Shown: in pieces, positions 30,769-40,957 of the stretch
Position numbering within the stretch: position 1 is the first letter of the stretch
Layout of the letters: the number at the start of each line of letters is the position of its first letter
Source: Acidobacteriota bacterium
GTDB lineage: Bacteria > Acidobacteriota > Vicinamibacteria > Vicinamibacterales > UBA2999
Length of the DNA: 64,000 bases
Direction: 5' to 3'
NCBI GenBank assembly: GCA_052389315.1
Contig: JBQTIE010000017.1
Coordinates: 60,948 to 124,947 of the forward strand
Position numbers and translations under genes: made by a program
Notes under the pieces: model-generated
Told to the model about the DNA's origin: nothing
Databases searched by the model: none
What the model saw: the letters and a program-made list of their open reading frames with translations, nothing else

Positions 30769-31563
30769 ATGCCGACCACGGCCACCGCGACACCGCGCCC
30801 GCCTCTGAAGTGGGCTGGCGGTAAACGCTGGCAAGTGCCCCACCTGCTGCCTTTGTGGCATTCACAGGCCCGTCGTCGTCTCGTAGAGCCATTCTGCGGG
30901 GGACTGGCTGTCCCGCTCGGGCTAGTACCTGAACGTGCCGTCCTAAACGATGTCAATCCGCATGTCGTGAACTTCTATCGGTGGTTGAAGCGCGGGCTGG
31001 TGGCCGACGTACCGATGGAGAACGACGAACGGACGTTCTACCGGAACCGGGAACGATTCAACGCCCTACTGAGAGCCGATCAGCACGAGAGTGCCGAGTC
31101 GGCGGGACTGTTTTACTACCTCAATCGCACTGGGTTCAACGGATTATGCCGCTTCAACCGGAGCGGAGAGTTCAATGTCCCCTTCGGGCAGTACAAACGC
31201 ATCAACTACACCCGCGATTTCTCCCCATACCGAGACACTTTCGAGCAGTGGACCTTTACGCTCGGAGACTTCGAGTCGGTCCCGCTGGCAAAGGGCGACT
31301 TCGTCTACGCCGATCCGCCGTACGATGTGGACTTTACGCATTACTCGCAGGGCGGATTTTCGTGGGATGAGCAGGTCCGCACGGCCGAATGGCTCGCCAA
31401 GCATCGCGGCCCTGTTGTGCTATCGAACCAGGCGACCGAGCGGATCGTGCGCCTCTATCGCGAGCTCGGGTACGCATTGACGCTACTCGACGCTCCGCGC
31501 CGGATCAGCTGCACTGGCGACCGGACACCCGCGAAGGAAGTACTTGCCACGCGGAACCTATGA
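30769..31563 (+). CDS. Dam-family (D12 class) N6-adenine DNA methyltransferase
   Basis: PLKWAGGK, EPFCGG, LNDVN, YLNRTGFNGLCRFN, FNVPFG, YADPPY, VLSN. Confidence 0.95.
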   Translation: MPTTATATPRPPLKWAGGKRWQVPHLLPLWHSQARRRLVEPFCGGLAVPLGLVPERAVLNDVNPHVVNFYRWLKRGLVADVPMENDERTFYRNRERFNALLRADQHESAESAGLFYYLNRTGFNGLCRFNRSGEFNVPFGQYKRINYTRDFSPYRDTFEQWTFTLGDFESVPLAKGDFVYADPPYDVDFTHYSQGGFSWDEQVRTAEWLAKHRGPVVLSNQATERIVRLYRELGYALTLLDAPRRISCTGDRTPAKEVLATRNL

Positions 31564-31976
31564 CGCCCCGCAACACGAATACCGGCGGTGTGCTCGAAGC
31601 GATGATCTTGCCCGCCCTCCAACGCGGCGGCTACGCGTGCCAGAAGCAGGTAAAGGTCGGCCAGCGCCACGGTGGCGGAGCCCACAAGGTGGATGCTGTG
31701 GCGACGAAGGAAGGGCGATCTGCTCTGGTCTCCCTGAAATGGCAACAGACAGGTGGCACCGCCGAACAGAAGGTGCCCTTCGAGGTCATGTGCTTAGCGC
31801 AGGCCGTGATGGATGGCCACGCCCACACGGCGTATCTTGTGCTCGGCGGTGACGGTTGGACGCTGCGGGACTACTACGTATCGGGGAAGCTCGCTGAGCA
31901 CCTGACGCACGCCGGTCATGTCAAGGTGGTCGCGCTTGAAGCATTTGTCCGGATGGCCAACAACGGGCAACTCTGA
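31560..31976 (+). CDS. Small PD-(D/E)XK-superfamily nuclease (putative restriction endonuclease), 138 aa
   Basis: TGGVLE...KVDAV...VSLKWQQTGGTAEQKVPFE; ATGA overlap with the methylase. Confidence 0.75.
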   Translation: MTPRNTNTGGVLEAMILPALQRGGYACQKQVKVGQRHGGGAHKVDAVATKEGRSALVSLKWQQTGGTAEQKVPFEVMCLAQAVMDGHAHTAYLVLGGDGWTLRDYYVSGKLAEHLTHAGHVKVVALEAFVRMANNGQL

Positions 31977-32081
31977 TCGGAATCGTGCCGTCGCGAGGCT
32001 CGGCCGTTTCAACCTGACCCACTACCCGGGGGCGGCAGGGTGCGACGGTGGAGAGCGGAGACTGACCGAGGGGAGGTCACG

Positions 32082-32735
32082 ATGTGCGACTTCGGGCACG
32101 AGCATCGGCACGACCATTTCGGGTTTCTCGTGGACGCCCAGGAGATTCGGGCGCTCGTGGCGGAGACCGAACGCCTGATGGAGGCTGTTCAGGACACTGC
32201 CGCGCGGGTGGAAGCGCTCAAGCCGGCCTTCTCCGCGTTGCTGGGCGCAGACGGCTGGCTGCCGGACAAGTACGCCGAGCCGGACTGGCACAGCGGCATG
32301 GGCGGGGGCATCGGCCAGTACGCGCTTTATCGAGCCGCCGATGGTTCGCTTTGCCTCTTCGCACTGGTGATACCCGCGGGAGCCGAGACTCCCGTGCACG
32401 ATCATCTGGCCTGGGGGCTCATCGGCGTCTACCGCGGCCGCCAGGACGAGACGGTGTATCGCCGACTGGACGACGGGGCCGACCAGGCGCGGGCGACGCT
32501 CGAAGTGTCGCGACGCCAGACGGTATCGGCTGGAGAGTTCTACGCGCTCCTGCCTCCGGTCGACGACATTCACTACGTCAAGACCGTCTCTGACATCCCC
32601 TCGATCTCCATTCATCTGCTCGCCAACGACACCGCGTGCGTGTGGCGCCACCGGTTCGATCCGTCGAGTGGCGCCGTCGCCGCGTTTCGATCGGGCTACA
32701 GCAACGCGCCGTGCCTCGATGCGTCAGAGCGGTGA
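32082..32735 (+). CDS. Cysteine dioxygenase-family thiol dioxygenase (cupin)
   Basis: TPVHDHLAWG, DIHYV, SIH; GGAGG SD. Confidence 0.85.
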   Translation: MCDFGHEHRHDHFGFLVDAQEIRALVAETERLMEAVQDTAARVEALKPAFSALLGADGWLPDKYAEPDWHSGMGGGIGQYALYRAADGSLCLFALVIPAGAETPVHDHLAWGLIGVYRGRQDETVYRRLDDGADQARATLEVSRRQTVSAGEFYALLPPVDDIHYVKTVSDIPSISIHLLANDTACVWRHRFDPSSGAVAAFRSGYSNAPCLDASER

Positions 32736-32795
32736 CATGGCTGCGCTCGAGCACGCCGCCTCATGCACCTGAGCCTGACCCACCGAGCACCTGCT

Positions 32796-33620
32796 CTACC
32801 TCTCGCTCCCGAAGGCCTCGCGGAGGCCGTCGCCGACGAGCGAAAAGCTCAGCACCGTGACGGTGATCGCGACACCGGGTGCGATCGCTCCGAGGGGGGC
32901 GGTGCGGAGCAATTCACGCCCCCGACTCAGCATCGCTCCCCATTCAGGATCCGGTGGCTGGACGCCAAGGCCGAGAAAGGACAGCCCGGATGCGATCAGG
33001 ATCGCGGAGCCCAGCATGACCGTCCCATGCGCCACGATGGGCGACAGGCAGTGCGGGAGGAGGTGTTGCACGACGACGCGGGTATCGGATGCGCCGGCCG
33101 CGCGTGCGGCGAGAACGAAATCCCGCGCCGCCACGCTCAAGGCCGCCGCCCGAATGATGCGCGCGAAGATCGGGACCGCAAACACCGCGACGGCGACGAT
33201 CGTGGACGATACGCCGCGCCCGATCACCGTGACGATCGCGATCGCCATCAGCATCTCGGGCAGAGCCAGCAACACATCCACGACCTGACTGATCGCCAGG
33301 TCCGCCAGGCCGCGCAGCCACGCCGCAAACAACCCCAGGACGGCGCCCACGACGAGCCCGGCCAGCGTGCTGAGGACAGCGATGGCCAGGGACACGCGCG
33401 ATCCGGCGATGAGCCGACTCAACGTATCGCGCCCGAGGTGATCGGTGCCGAGGGGATGGGTCCACGACGAGGGCTGGTAATTGGCGGCGAGGTTGACGGC
33501 CAGCGGGTCATGCGGCGCAATCCACGGCGCCAGCACCGCAGCGCTCAGCGCGACGAGCAGGACGCCGGCCGCCATCACCGCCACCCGGTCGCGAGCAAAC
33601 CGTCTGGCCGCGGTCCTCAT
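32796..33620 (-). CDS. Peptide ABC transporter permease (DppC/OppC-like)
   Basis: HPLGTDHLGRD, FVLAARAAGAS, LSFLGLGVQPPDPEWG. Confidence 0.93.
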   Translation of the reverse strand: MRTAARRFARDRVAVMAAGVLLVALSAAVLAPWIAPHDPLAVNLAANYQPSSWTHPLGTDHLGRDTLSRLIAGSRVSLAIAVLSTLAGLVVGAVLGLFAAWLRGLADLAISQVVDVLLALPEMLMAIAIVTVIGRGVSSTIVAVAVFAVPIFARIIRAAALSVAARDFVLAARAAGASDTRVVVQHLLPHCLSPIVAHGTVMLGSAILIASGLSFLGLGVQPPDPEWGAMLSRGRELLRTAPLGAIAPGVAITVTVLSFSLVGDGLREAFGSER

Positions 33621-34549
33621 GTCGTCACGCGGGGATCCAGTGCGGATCCCGCCATGTCGGTCGCGACGTTGACCAGCACGTACAGGGTGGCGACGACGAG
33701 CACCCCGCCCTGAATCATGGGAAAGTCGCGCGCAAGGACGGCGTCCACCATCATGCGGCCCACGCCGGGAATCGAGAACACGCTCTCGACGAGCACGGTG
33801 CCCGCCAGCAGGCCCCCCACGCGCAGTCCAATGAGGCTGACCACGGGGAGCAGGGCGTTCTGAAGCGCATGTCGCACGATCACGGCCCACTTGCCGACGC
33901 CCTTGGCGCGGGCCGCCCGCAGGTACTCCTGCTTCAGCACATCGAGCATGGACGCCCGCGTCATGCGGGCCACCTGCCCTGCGGATTGCAAGCCCAGCGC
34001 CACGGCCGGCAGCACGTAGTGCATCGGCGTGCCCACGCCAATCGAGGGCAGCCAGTTCAGCCCGAGCGAGAACACCAGCATCAGCATCAGTGCCAGCCAG
34101 AACGACGGGGTGGACACCGCGACGAGACTGGCCGCCGTGACCAGTCGATCCACGCTCGTGCGTCGGGTGACCGCCGCGGCGAGGCCTGCCAGGATGCCGA
34201 TCGCCACCGCGATGGTGACGCCCGCCGCCGCGAGGATCGCCGTGTGGGGCAGTCGTTCGCGAATTTCCTGGGCCACCGGGCGGCCGGTACGAATCGAGAC
34301 GCCGAGGTCGCCGTGCGTGGTGCGCCAGACAAAGGTCGCGAACTGCTTGGCCAGGGGTTGGTCGAGCCCGAGGTCCCGCCGAATGCGCTCGACCGTCTCG
34401 GGACTGGCTTCCAGGCCTGCCGCAATCACCGCCGGGTCTCCGGGAATGAGATGCACCAGAGAGAACACCAGCAGCGAGATGCCCGTTAGAACGGGCAGGA
34501 CGCGCGCCAGCGCACCTAGCCCGAGCCGCGCGGACCGACCGGCCAGCAC
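33617..34549 (-). CDS. Peptide ABC transporter permease (DppB/OppB-like)
   Basis: LIPGDPA, LGLDQPL, YLRAARAKG, VESVFSIPGVG. Confidence 0.93.
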   Translation of the reverse strand: MLAGRSARLGLGALARVLPVLTGISLLVFSLVHLIPGDPAVIAAGLEASPETVERIRRDLGLDQPLAKQFATFVWRTTHGDLGVSIRTGRPVAQEIRERLPHTAILAAAGVTIAVAIGILAGLAAAVTRRTSVDRLVTAASLVAVSTPSFWLALMLMLVFSLGLNWLPSIGVGTPMHYVLPAVALGLQSAGQVARMTRASMLDVLKQEYLRAARAKGVGKWAVIVRHALQNALLPVVSLIGLRVGGLLAGTVLVESVFSIPGVGRMMVDAVLARDFPMIQGGVLVVATLYVLVNVATDMAGSALDPRVTT

Positions 34550-34550
34550 G

Positions 34551-36092
34551 TCAATTCGCGACCGCGGCGCGTTCGAAGGTCACGACGCCCAACGGCGAGG
34601 GCCTGACGCCCGTGACGGCCGCTCGCGTCGCCACGATGAAGTAGGTGTCGAACAGCCAGACGGCGCCGGGGTCCTCGAGGTAGACAATCTCCTGCGCGCG
34701 CCGATACAGCGCCTGCCGCTGCTCGGCATTCGTTTCGCGCATGGCCACTTCGATCACGCGATCGAACTCGGCGTTCGAGTAATAGCCGTAGTTGTTCTCG
34801 TTGGTCGGCGCCGAGCGAAAGATAGGACGCAGCCCCCAGTCCGCATCCGCCGTCGACGCGCCGGCGCCCATGATGAAGATCTCCTGCGGGTTCTTCTCCG
34901 GCGGCAGCCCAGCCCAGAACTGCACCATCGTTCCCCAATCGAACACTTCGATGGCGGCGTCGATACCGACCTTCTCGAGGTCCGCGGCCACGGCCTCGGC
35001 CAGCTCGACCCCCATGGGGTAACGCGGCGTCGTCGCGATCTTGGTCCGGAACCCGTTCGGCAGCCCGGCCTCTCGAAGCAGCCGACGCGCCCGCTCCGGG
35101 TCGTAGGGAATCTCGCCGAGGTTGGCGTAGCCTCGCATGATCGGCGTGAGCGCACTCGTGGACGGCCTCGCGAAGCTCGCGACGAGATTGTCGACAATGG
35201 CGCGCCGGTCGATCGCCGAGGATATGGCCTGCCGCACCCTCACGTCGTCGAACGGCTTCTTCGTGAGGTTGAACCGGAACTGCTGGGCGCCGACGCCAGG
35301 CGTGCGGTACACGACGATGCGATCGCTCTTCTCGAGTCGAGGAATGTCGGTGGCCGGCACGCGGCTGATCGCGTCGACGTCGCCGGCTTCCAGGGCCAGC
35401 ACGCGAGCCGCGGCTTCGGGAATCGGCCGATAGACGATGCGAGGGGTAACCCCCGGCGCCCCCCAGTAGCCGTCGAAGCGGTCGAGCACGATCTCCTGGT
35501 CCTTCTTCCACGCCGCCAGGCGGTAGGGCCCCGTGCCCGACACCGTGCCTTCACGCATCCCGAACGACTTGCCATGCGTGGCCGCGGCGGCGGGGCTGAC
35601 GATGGCCGCCGAGACATGGGCCATGGTCGGCTCGAAGGCCCCAAACGCGTACTTGGTCACGAACCTGACCGTTGTCTCGTCGACCGCCTCGACCCGGTCG
35701 ATCATGTTGAACAGCGGGAGGCGCTTGTGGGCCGCGACCGGATCCAGCACACGTGCGAAGTTGGCGCGCACCGCTTCGGCATCGAACGGCGTCCCGTCGT
35801 GGAACCGGACACCCGCACGAAGGTGGAACGTCCACGCGACCCCGTCTTCCGAGACCGACCAGCGCTCGGCCAGGCGCGGCACGATCTTCATCTGCTCGTC
35901 GAACCCGATCAGGGTGTCGTAGAGCATGTGGATCACCTGATCCGATTCGGTGTCGGTCGTGTTGTGCGGATCGAGGGTCGTCGCGTCGGCCGCGGCTGCG
36001 AAGACCAGCTGATTGCGGTGACCTCCGTCCGGGGTCGCGGCGGGCCCGGAACAGGCCATCGTCAGCAGCAAGAGCAGCACCAGGGGAACCAT
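34551..36092 (-). CDS. Peptide ABC transporter substrate-binding lipoprotein (family 5, DppA/GsiB-like)
   Basis: LTMAC lipobox, TLDPH, LAERW, VRFHDGTPFDAEAV, GTGPY. Confidence 0.93.
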   Translation of the reverse strand: MVPLVLLLLLTMACSGPAATPDGGHRNQLVFAAAADATTLDPHNTTDTESDQVIHMLYDTLIGFDEQMKIVPRLAERWSVSEDGVAWTFHLRAGVRFHDGTPFDAEAVRANFARVLDPVAAHKRLPLFNMIDRVEAVDETTVRFVTKYAFGAFEPTMAHVSAAIVSPAAAATHGKSFGMREGTVSGTGPYRLAAWKKDQEIVLDRFDGYWGAPGVTPRIVYRPIPEAAARVLALEAGDVDAISRVPATDIPRLEKSDRIVVYRTPGVGAQQFRFNLTKKPFDDVRVRQAISSAIDRRAIVDNLVASFARPSTSALTPIMRGYANLGEIPYDPERARRLLREAGLPNGFRTKIATTPRYPMGVELAEAVAADLEKVGIDAAIEVFDWGTMVQFWAGLPPEKNPQEIFIMGAGASTADADWGLRPIFRSAPTNENNYGYYSNAEFDRVIEVAMRETNAEQRQALYRRAQEIVYLEDPGAVWLFDTYFIVATRAAVTGVRPSPLGVVTFERAAVAN

Positions 36093-37130
36093 TTACACGC
36101 CTCCGGCCTGAACCCAGGTGGTCCGAGTGTCCTCGAGGTTCGCCACACCAAACGCCCAGCCACCGGGGCGCACCATGTGCGCGCGGCAGCCGTAGAAGAG
36201 CACGCCTCGCCCTGGTGACGAGATTTCCTCGAGCACCTCGAAGCTCATCGGGTCGCTCACGCGAGCCAGCACTTCGCCGGAGGCGACCTCTGTGAATTGC
36301 CGATCGAGCGTGGCGAGAGGCTCGAGGTACCCGCCGACGGTCGGGCCGACGCGCCAGTAGTCGACGAAGTGCAGGTAACGATCGGCGTGCCGTGGCTTCC
36401 CGGCGAGAATGCCCAGCTCCTGCATCACGCCGAGGGTGCCCTCGACGTTTCGGGCGATCCAGCCATCTTCGATCGCGGCGCCGAACCCGAGTCCTCCCAC
36501 CTCGGCGACGACGCCGGGGATGCCGTAGCATTCTCCTGCGTGGCCCAGCGACGTACGCGGTCCGCGCAGACCGCTGAAGATGGTCAGCGCGTGCACCACT
36601 GGAAAGCCATACGCGAGAGCCATCGCCTTGCTGCGTCTTGCAACCTCCGGGTTGGAGTAGTCGGTGACATACGACACGTCGGCCATCGTGGCTCCCCAGT
36701 CGCCGACGTGGTAGTCGATGAGGGCATCGGAGATCGAAAGGACCGCGTCGGAGAGCACACGCGCGATCTGGTTCGAGAGCCATCCGTACGGTCCCCCGAA
36801 CGTGCGATTGGCGTCGGGCTCGTCCGCATTGTCCTGGATGCAACGGCTCGCGGTCAGCATCGCCGGCGGATTGGCCACCGGGATGGCAATCACGCTGCCA
36901 CGCATCGCCGAGGGATCGAGCCGACGCAGGACCTCCCGCAACACGACCGCCGAGAACCACTCGTTGCCGTGCAGCATCGACAGCAGCGTCAGGGTCGGGC
37001 CGTCGCCGAGGCCTGCGACCACGTGCGCGGTGATTTCTACCGGACCGGTCAGATCTCGAGTGACGGGCACGTGAACCAGCTGGGAAGTGCCTGCGGGCAC
37101 ACGGCGCCCGTTGATCAGCACGTCGGACAT
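36093..37130 (-). CDS. Succinylglutamate desuccinylase/aspartoacylase family (M14-like) hydrolase
   Basis: HGNE, IPVANP, DANRTF, IDYH, AEVG; TATAAT 7 nt upstream of ATG. Confidence 0.88.
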   Translation of the reverse strand: MSDVLINGRRVPAGTSQLVHVPVTRDLTGPVEITAHVVAGLGDGPTLTLLSMLHGNEWFSAVVLREVLRRLDPSAMRGSVIAIPVANPPAMLTASRCIQDNADEPDANRTFGGPYGWLSNQIARVLSDAVLSISDALIDYHVGDWGATMADVSYVTDYSNPEVARRSKAMALAYGFPVVHALTIFSGLRGPRTSLGHAGECYGIPGVVAEVGGLGFGAAIEDGWIARNVEGTLGVMQELGILAGKPRHADRYLHFVDYWRVGPTVGGYLEPLATLDRQFTEVASGEVLARVSDPMSFEVLEEISSPGRGVLFYGCRAHMVRPGGWAFGVANLEDTRTTWVQAGGV

Positions 37131-37280
37131 GCCGCGGATTATACGGGGGAGGCGGGTACTGCGGGTGCGTCGGGGCCGGCGCGACGCTCAGCGGCGGTGC
37201 TCCAGGAGTGGGTGATGTCCCTGGCAGGTGGGCCGAAGAACGACGCCCGACGGGACCAACGGAAGTGATAGTGTGCCCTC

Positions 37281-37769
37281 ATGGCCCCTTGCGCCGCCCG
37301 TCCTCTGCGCCTTCTTGCGGGCCCGCTGCTCGTCGGCGCGGTGAGCGTGCTCGCCGCAGGAACCGCCGACGTGCGCGCGGTTGCCCAGGCCAAGCCCGAC
37401 AAGAACTCCGTGGAGCTCGTCGTGCGCGGCTGCCTCAAGGGTCGCGAGCTGACGGCGGAATCGATCTCCGAAAACGCCAGCCTGCCGAGCTTCTCCGAAG
37501 CCGTCTTCCGGTTGTCGGGCAAGGGTGACCTCGACAAGGCCATCAAGCAGGCGAATGGGCGCCTCGTCGAGGTCACGGGACTCGTCAAGAAGAACGCACT
37601 CGCCGAACCCGGTCTCAGGCTCGGGGGCGGCCGCATCGTCATCGGGGGGGGGCCGGTCAGCCGGGATCCCACGCGCAATCCCGCGCGCACGCCGTCCGTG
37701 CGCATCTTCCCGATGCAGGTGACCGCGATCGCGCTCGAACAGGATCCGTGTGCCCCTGGCGAGGCGTGA
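37281..37769 (+). CDS. Exported hypothetical protein
   Basis: Signal-like N-terminus; VRGCL...FRLSG...VEVTG. Confidence 0.65.
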   Translation: MAPCAARPLRLLAGPLLVGAVSVLAAGTADVRAVAQAKPDKNSVELVVRGCLKGRELTAESISENASLPSFSEAVFRLSGKGDLDKAIKQANGRLVEVTGLVKKNALAEPGLRLGGGRIVIGGGPVSRDPTRNPARTPSVRIFPMQVTAIALEQDPCAPGEA

Positions 37770-37817
37770 AGCGGCGCCACGCCGGCTACGAGTCGCGAAC
37801 CGAGCGCTTCGGGGCTC

Positions 37818-39419
37818 TCAGGGCACGGCGACCGTCTCTCCCGGTCGAAGCGGTGTGTGCACGGGCAGCCGGCGTGCGCGCGTCATCTGCTCGAAGCTGT
37901 AACCAAGCGCCAGCAGTCGCGGCTCGCTGAATGCGGGTCCCAGCAGGGACAAGCCGATTGGCAGGTCGTCGCTCGTGAACCCGGCCGGCACGATGAGATC
38001 GGGGAATCCGCTGAGGTTGGCCAGGTTCGAGCCCGACGTGGCGGCGCCCCCGGGAACTTCGGGCGGCGCCGCGAGCAGCGCAGGGCGCCTGGACGCAGTC
38101 GGATAGACGATCGCGTCGAGCTTGTTCGTGGCCAGCACCCCGTCGAGGACGGCCCGAACCAGCGGCAGCGCGTGATCGCGGACGGCCAGGTATCGAGCGT
38201 CCGACGTCGATCCGCTGCCTGACTCGCGCCGCATCAGGCCCCATCGCGCCGGATTTGGTCCCGCGCCATCCTCGCGAAGCGCGTTGATTTCCGTCGCGCG
38301 GGCAATCAGCTGCTCGATGTTCTTGGGATAGCGCGGGCCGGTCGTGGCGAGGTAATCCGCGATCTGCGCCGCGAACTCGGGATACCGAATGGCGTTGTAG
38401 AACTCGCCCTTCACGTCGAGCAGCCATTTCGGCAACTGGACGTCCACCACCGTGGCTCCGCCGCGGCGCATGGTGTCGAGCGAGGCTTCGATCACCCAGT
38501 CCACCTCCGGATCCGCACCGAGAAAGTCTCGCGCAATGCCGATGCGCGCACCCTTGAGAGCATCGGCTTTCAGAAACTTCGTGTAGTCGGTTTCGAATCG
38601 CCCCTCGCTCTTCTTCGTGGCCGCGTCGGCCGGATCGATTCCCGTCATGACCCCCAAGGAGGCCGCCACGTCGTACACGCTTCGCGCCATGGGCCCTGCG
38701 GTGTCGAAGCTGAGAGCAAGCGGGATGATGCCGTCACGGCTGATCAGTCCGTGCGTGGGCTTCAAGCCGACGATGCCGTTGGCCGTGGACGGCCCGCGAA
38801 CGGAGCCGCCGGTATCGGTCCCGAGACCGACGACGGCGAACGAGGCGGCGATGGCCGCTCCCGTGCCCCCCGAAGAGCCAGAGGGCGTGCGCGTCAGGTC
38901 GTGCGGATTCCTGATTTGCCCGCCGAGCGAACTGTGCGCGGCGCCGGAGGCAAACTCCGAGAGGTTGGCCTTGGCCACGATGACGGCCCCGGCGGCGCGG
39001 AGCTTCCTGACGAGAAACGCGTCATCCGGCGGGACCCAGCCCTCGAGCAGCAGCGACCCGCCGGTGGTCGGCATGTCCGCCGTATCGATGTTGTCCTTGA
39101 GGACGATGGGGATGCCGTGCAGCGGTGAGCGGGGGCCCTTGGCCTTGCGCTCCGCGTCCAGCGCGCGAGCCGTGTCGACGGCCTTGGTGTTGATCGTGAT
39201 CACCGACCGCAAGTTCGGCCCCTGATGGTCGTAGGCCTGGATGCGCGACAGGCACATCTGCACCAGACGCTCGGAGGTCAACGTGCCGGCGCTGAATGCG
39301 GCATTGAGGTCCGCGATCGTGGCGGCGTCGAGGTCGAGTGTCTTTCTGGCCGTTGTCGGAGCGGCAACCAGGGCCGTCAGCGCCACGGCGAGCAGCGGGC
39401 GAAGTGCGGAGCGAGGCAT
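37818..39419 (-). CDS. Amidase-signature family amidase with signal peptide
   Basis: LHGIPIVLKDN, SGSSGG, GTDTGGSVRGP. Confidence 0.93.
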   Translation of the reverse strand: MPRSALRPLLAVALTALVAAPTTARKTLDLDAATIADLNAAFSAGTLTSERLVQMCLSRIQAYDHQGPNLRSVITINTKAVDTARALDAERKAKGPRSPLHGIPIVLKDNIDTADMPTTGGSLLLEGWVPPDDAFLVRKLRAAGAVIVAKANLSEFASGAAHSSLGGQIRNPHDLTRTPSGSSGGTGAAIAASFAVVGLGTDTGGSVRGPSTANGIVGLKPTHGLISRDGIIPLALSFDTAGPMARSVYDVAASLGVMTGIDPADAATKKSEGRFETDYTKFLKADALKGARIGIARDFLGADPEVDWVIEASLDTMRRGGATVVDVQLPKWLLDVKGEFYNAIRYPEFAAQIADYLATTGPRYPKNIEQLIARATEINALREDGAGPNPARWGLMRRESGSGSTSDARYLAVRDHALPLVRAVLDGVLATNKLDAIVYPTASRRPALLAAPPEVPGGAATSGSNLANLSGFPDLIVPAGFTSDDLPIGLSLLGPAFSEPRLLALGYSFEQMTRARRLPVHTPLRPGETVAVP

Positions 39420-39592
39420 GGGCGGACTCTAACGTTCCAACGGGGCCGTCGCAACAGAAATCCTGGCCGGTGGTCTGGCCGGCACCGCGACCAGACCCGC
39501 GGCCTACCGGCTGACGCCGAGCTGTCGCGTCGTTGGTCGGCGTCAATCGGCCTGGTGCTGAATCCCCGGGGGAGGGTAGCTGGAGGGCGAGG

Positions 39593-40957
39593 TCACGGGT
39601 CCGAGTTCGATGGGGCTTTCGCCGCCGACGATCGCCCACGCGACAGGCGGTACCCGAGGCCGAGCAGCAGCATCCAGGGAACGCCAGCCAGCAGCGTCGA
39701 CCGAAGGTCGGGAATCCACCACGTGGAGGCGAGGATTGCCGCCACGAGTGCACCGCCCACGACCGAGCCCATCGGTCGAGCCGGCGATCGAAATGCCAGG
39801 TGCGTGACGAAGATCATGAGCCAGACGAACAGCCCGCCAAACAGCGCCACGCCGAAGAACCACACGTAGGCGGAGTCAGGCCACAAGGCGCGCACGACGA
39901 CCGCGGCACCCAGGCCGAGTCCGGAGACCAGCACGGCGTTCACGGGAGCCTCGTCGGTGGTGACCGAGCCGAGGGACGCGGGAACGAACCCCGCGCGCGC
40001 GAGCGAGAACAGCGTGCGCGCGATGAGGTACAGGTTGGCGTTGGCGCTCGAGAGCGCGGCCGTGAGCACGACGAAGTTCATGATTCCGGCGGCGCCGGGG
40101 ATTCCGACGCCCGCCAGCACTTTGACGAAGGGGCTCTCACCGACGCCCAGCTCCGTCCACGGGGTCAGCGCCACCAGCAGCGTCGTCGTCACGATGTAGA
40201 TGCACGAGAGCGCGATCACCATGCGGCGCATCGCGCGCGGGATGGTGTGCGAGGGGTCTGTCGCCTCGCCAGAGGTCACGGCGACGATCTCGACGCCGAT
40301 GAAGGAATAGATCACGAAGCAGCAGCCGAGCCACACGCCGGAGGCGCCAAACGGCATGAATCCGCCGTGCGCGGTGAGGTGTCTCGCACCGGGACTGGCG
40401 TCGCCGGTGAGGCCCAAGACGACGAGCGTCCCGATGCCCACGAAGAGCGCGATGGCGACGACCTTGATCATCACGAGCCAGTACTCGATAGCGCCGAGGC
40501 GGCCAACCGCGCGCGAGTTGACCGCGACCAGGGCGGCGGCGAAGGCCAGTACCCAGACCGCGCCCGGCACCGCTGGAAACCAGAACGCCATGTAGATGGA
40601 GGCTGCGACGAGCTGGCCGCCCGTGGCGATGACTTGCATCAGCCAGTAGCTGACGCGAACCGCATAGCCGGCAAACGGCGAGATGAACATGCCCGCGTAG
40701 ACGCCAAACGCGCCCGCGGTCGGGTGGGCGACCGACATCTCGATCAAGGCGCGCCCGAGCAGCATCGACAGCACCGCAACGATGACGTACGAGAGAACGA
40801 TGGCCGGACCGGCCACGTTGACGGCGAGGCCGCTCGCGAGGAAGAGCCCCGTGCCGATGGCGCCGCCGAGCGCCATCATGGCTTGCTGGGATGCCGAGAG
40901 CTGGCGCGCCAGAACCTGTTCGTTGCTGACGGCCGAAGGCGCCGGGGTGCGGCTCAC
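39593..40957 (-). CDS. APC-family amino acid permease
   Basis: MMALGGAIGTGLF, FSFIGVE-like (YSFIGVE), NFVVLTAALS. Confidence 0.93.
   Translation of the reverse strand: MSRTPAPSAVSNEQVLARQLSASQQAMMALGGAIGTGLFLASGLAVNVAGPAIVLSYVIVAVLSMLLGRALIEMSVAHPTAGAFGVYAGMFISPFAGYAVRVSYWLMQVIATGGQLVAASIYMAFWFPAVPGAVWVLAFAAALVAVNSRAVGRLGAIEYWLVMIKVVAIALFVGIGTLVVLGLTGDASPGARHLTAHGGFMPFGASGVWLGCCFVIYSFIGVEIVAVTSGEATDPSHTIPRAMRRMVIALSCIYIVTTTLLVALTPWTELGVGESPFVKVLAGVGIPGAAGIMNFVVLTAALSSANANLYLIARTLFSLARAGFVPASLGSVTTDEAPVNAVLVSGLGLGAAVVVRALWPDSAYVWFFGVALFGGLFVWLMIFVTHLAFRSPARPMGSVVGGALVAAILASTWWIPDLRSTLLAGVPWMLLLGLGYRLSRGRSSAAKAPSNSDP

Noticed and set aside
34029-36218. 729-aa plus-strand ORF
   Set aside because: Antisense shadow of the ABC transporter genes, typical of high-GC DNA; no recognisable motifs.
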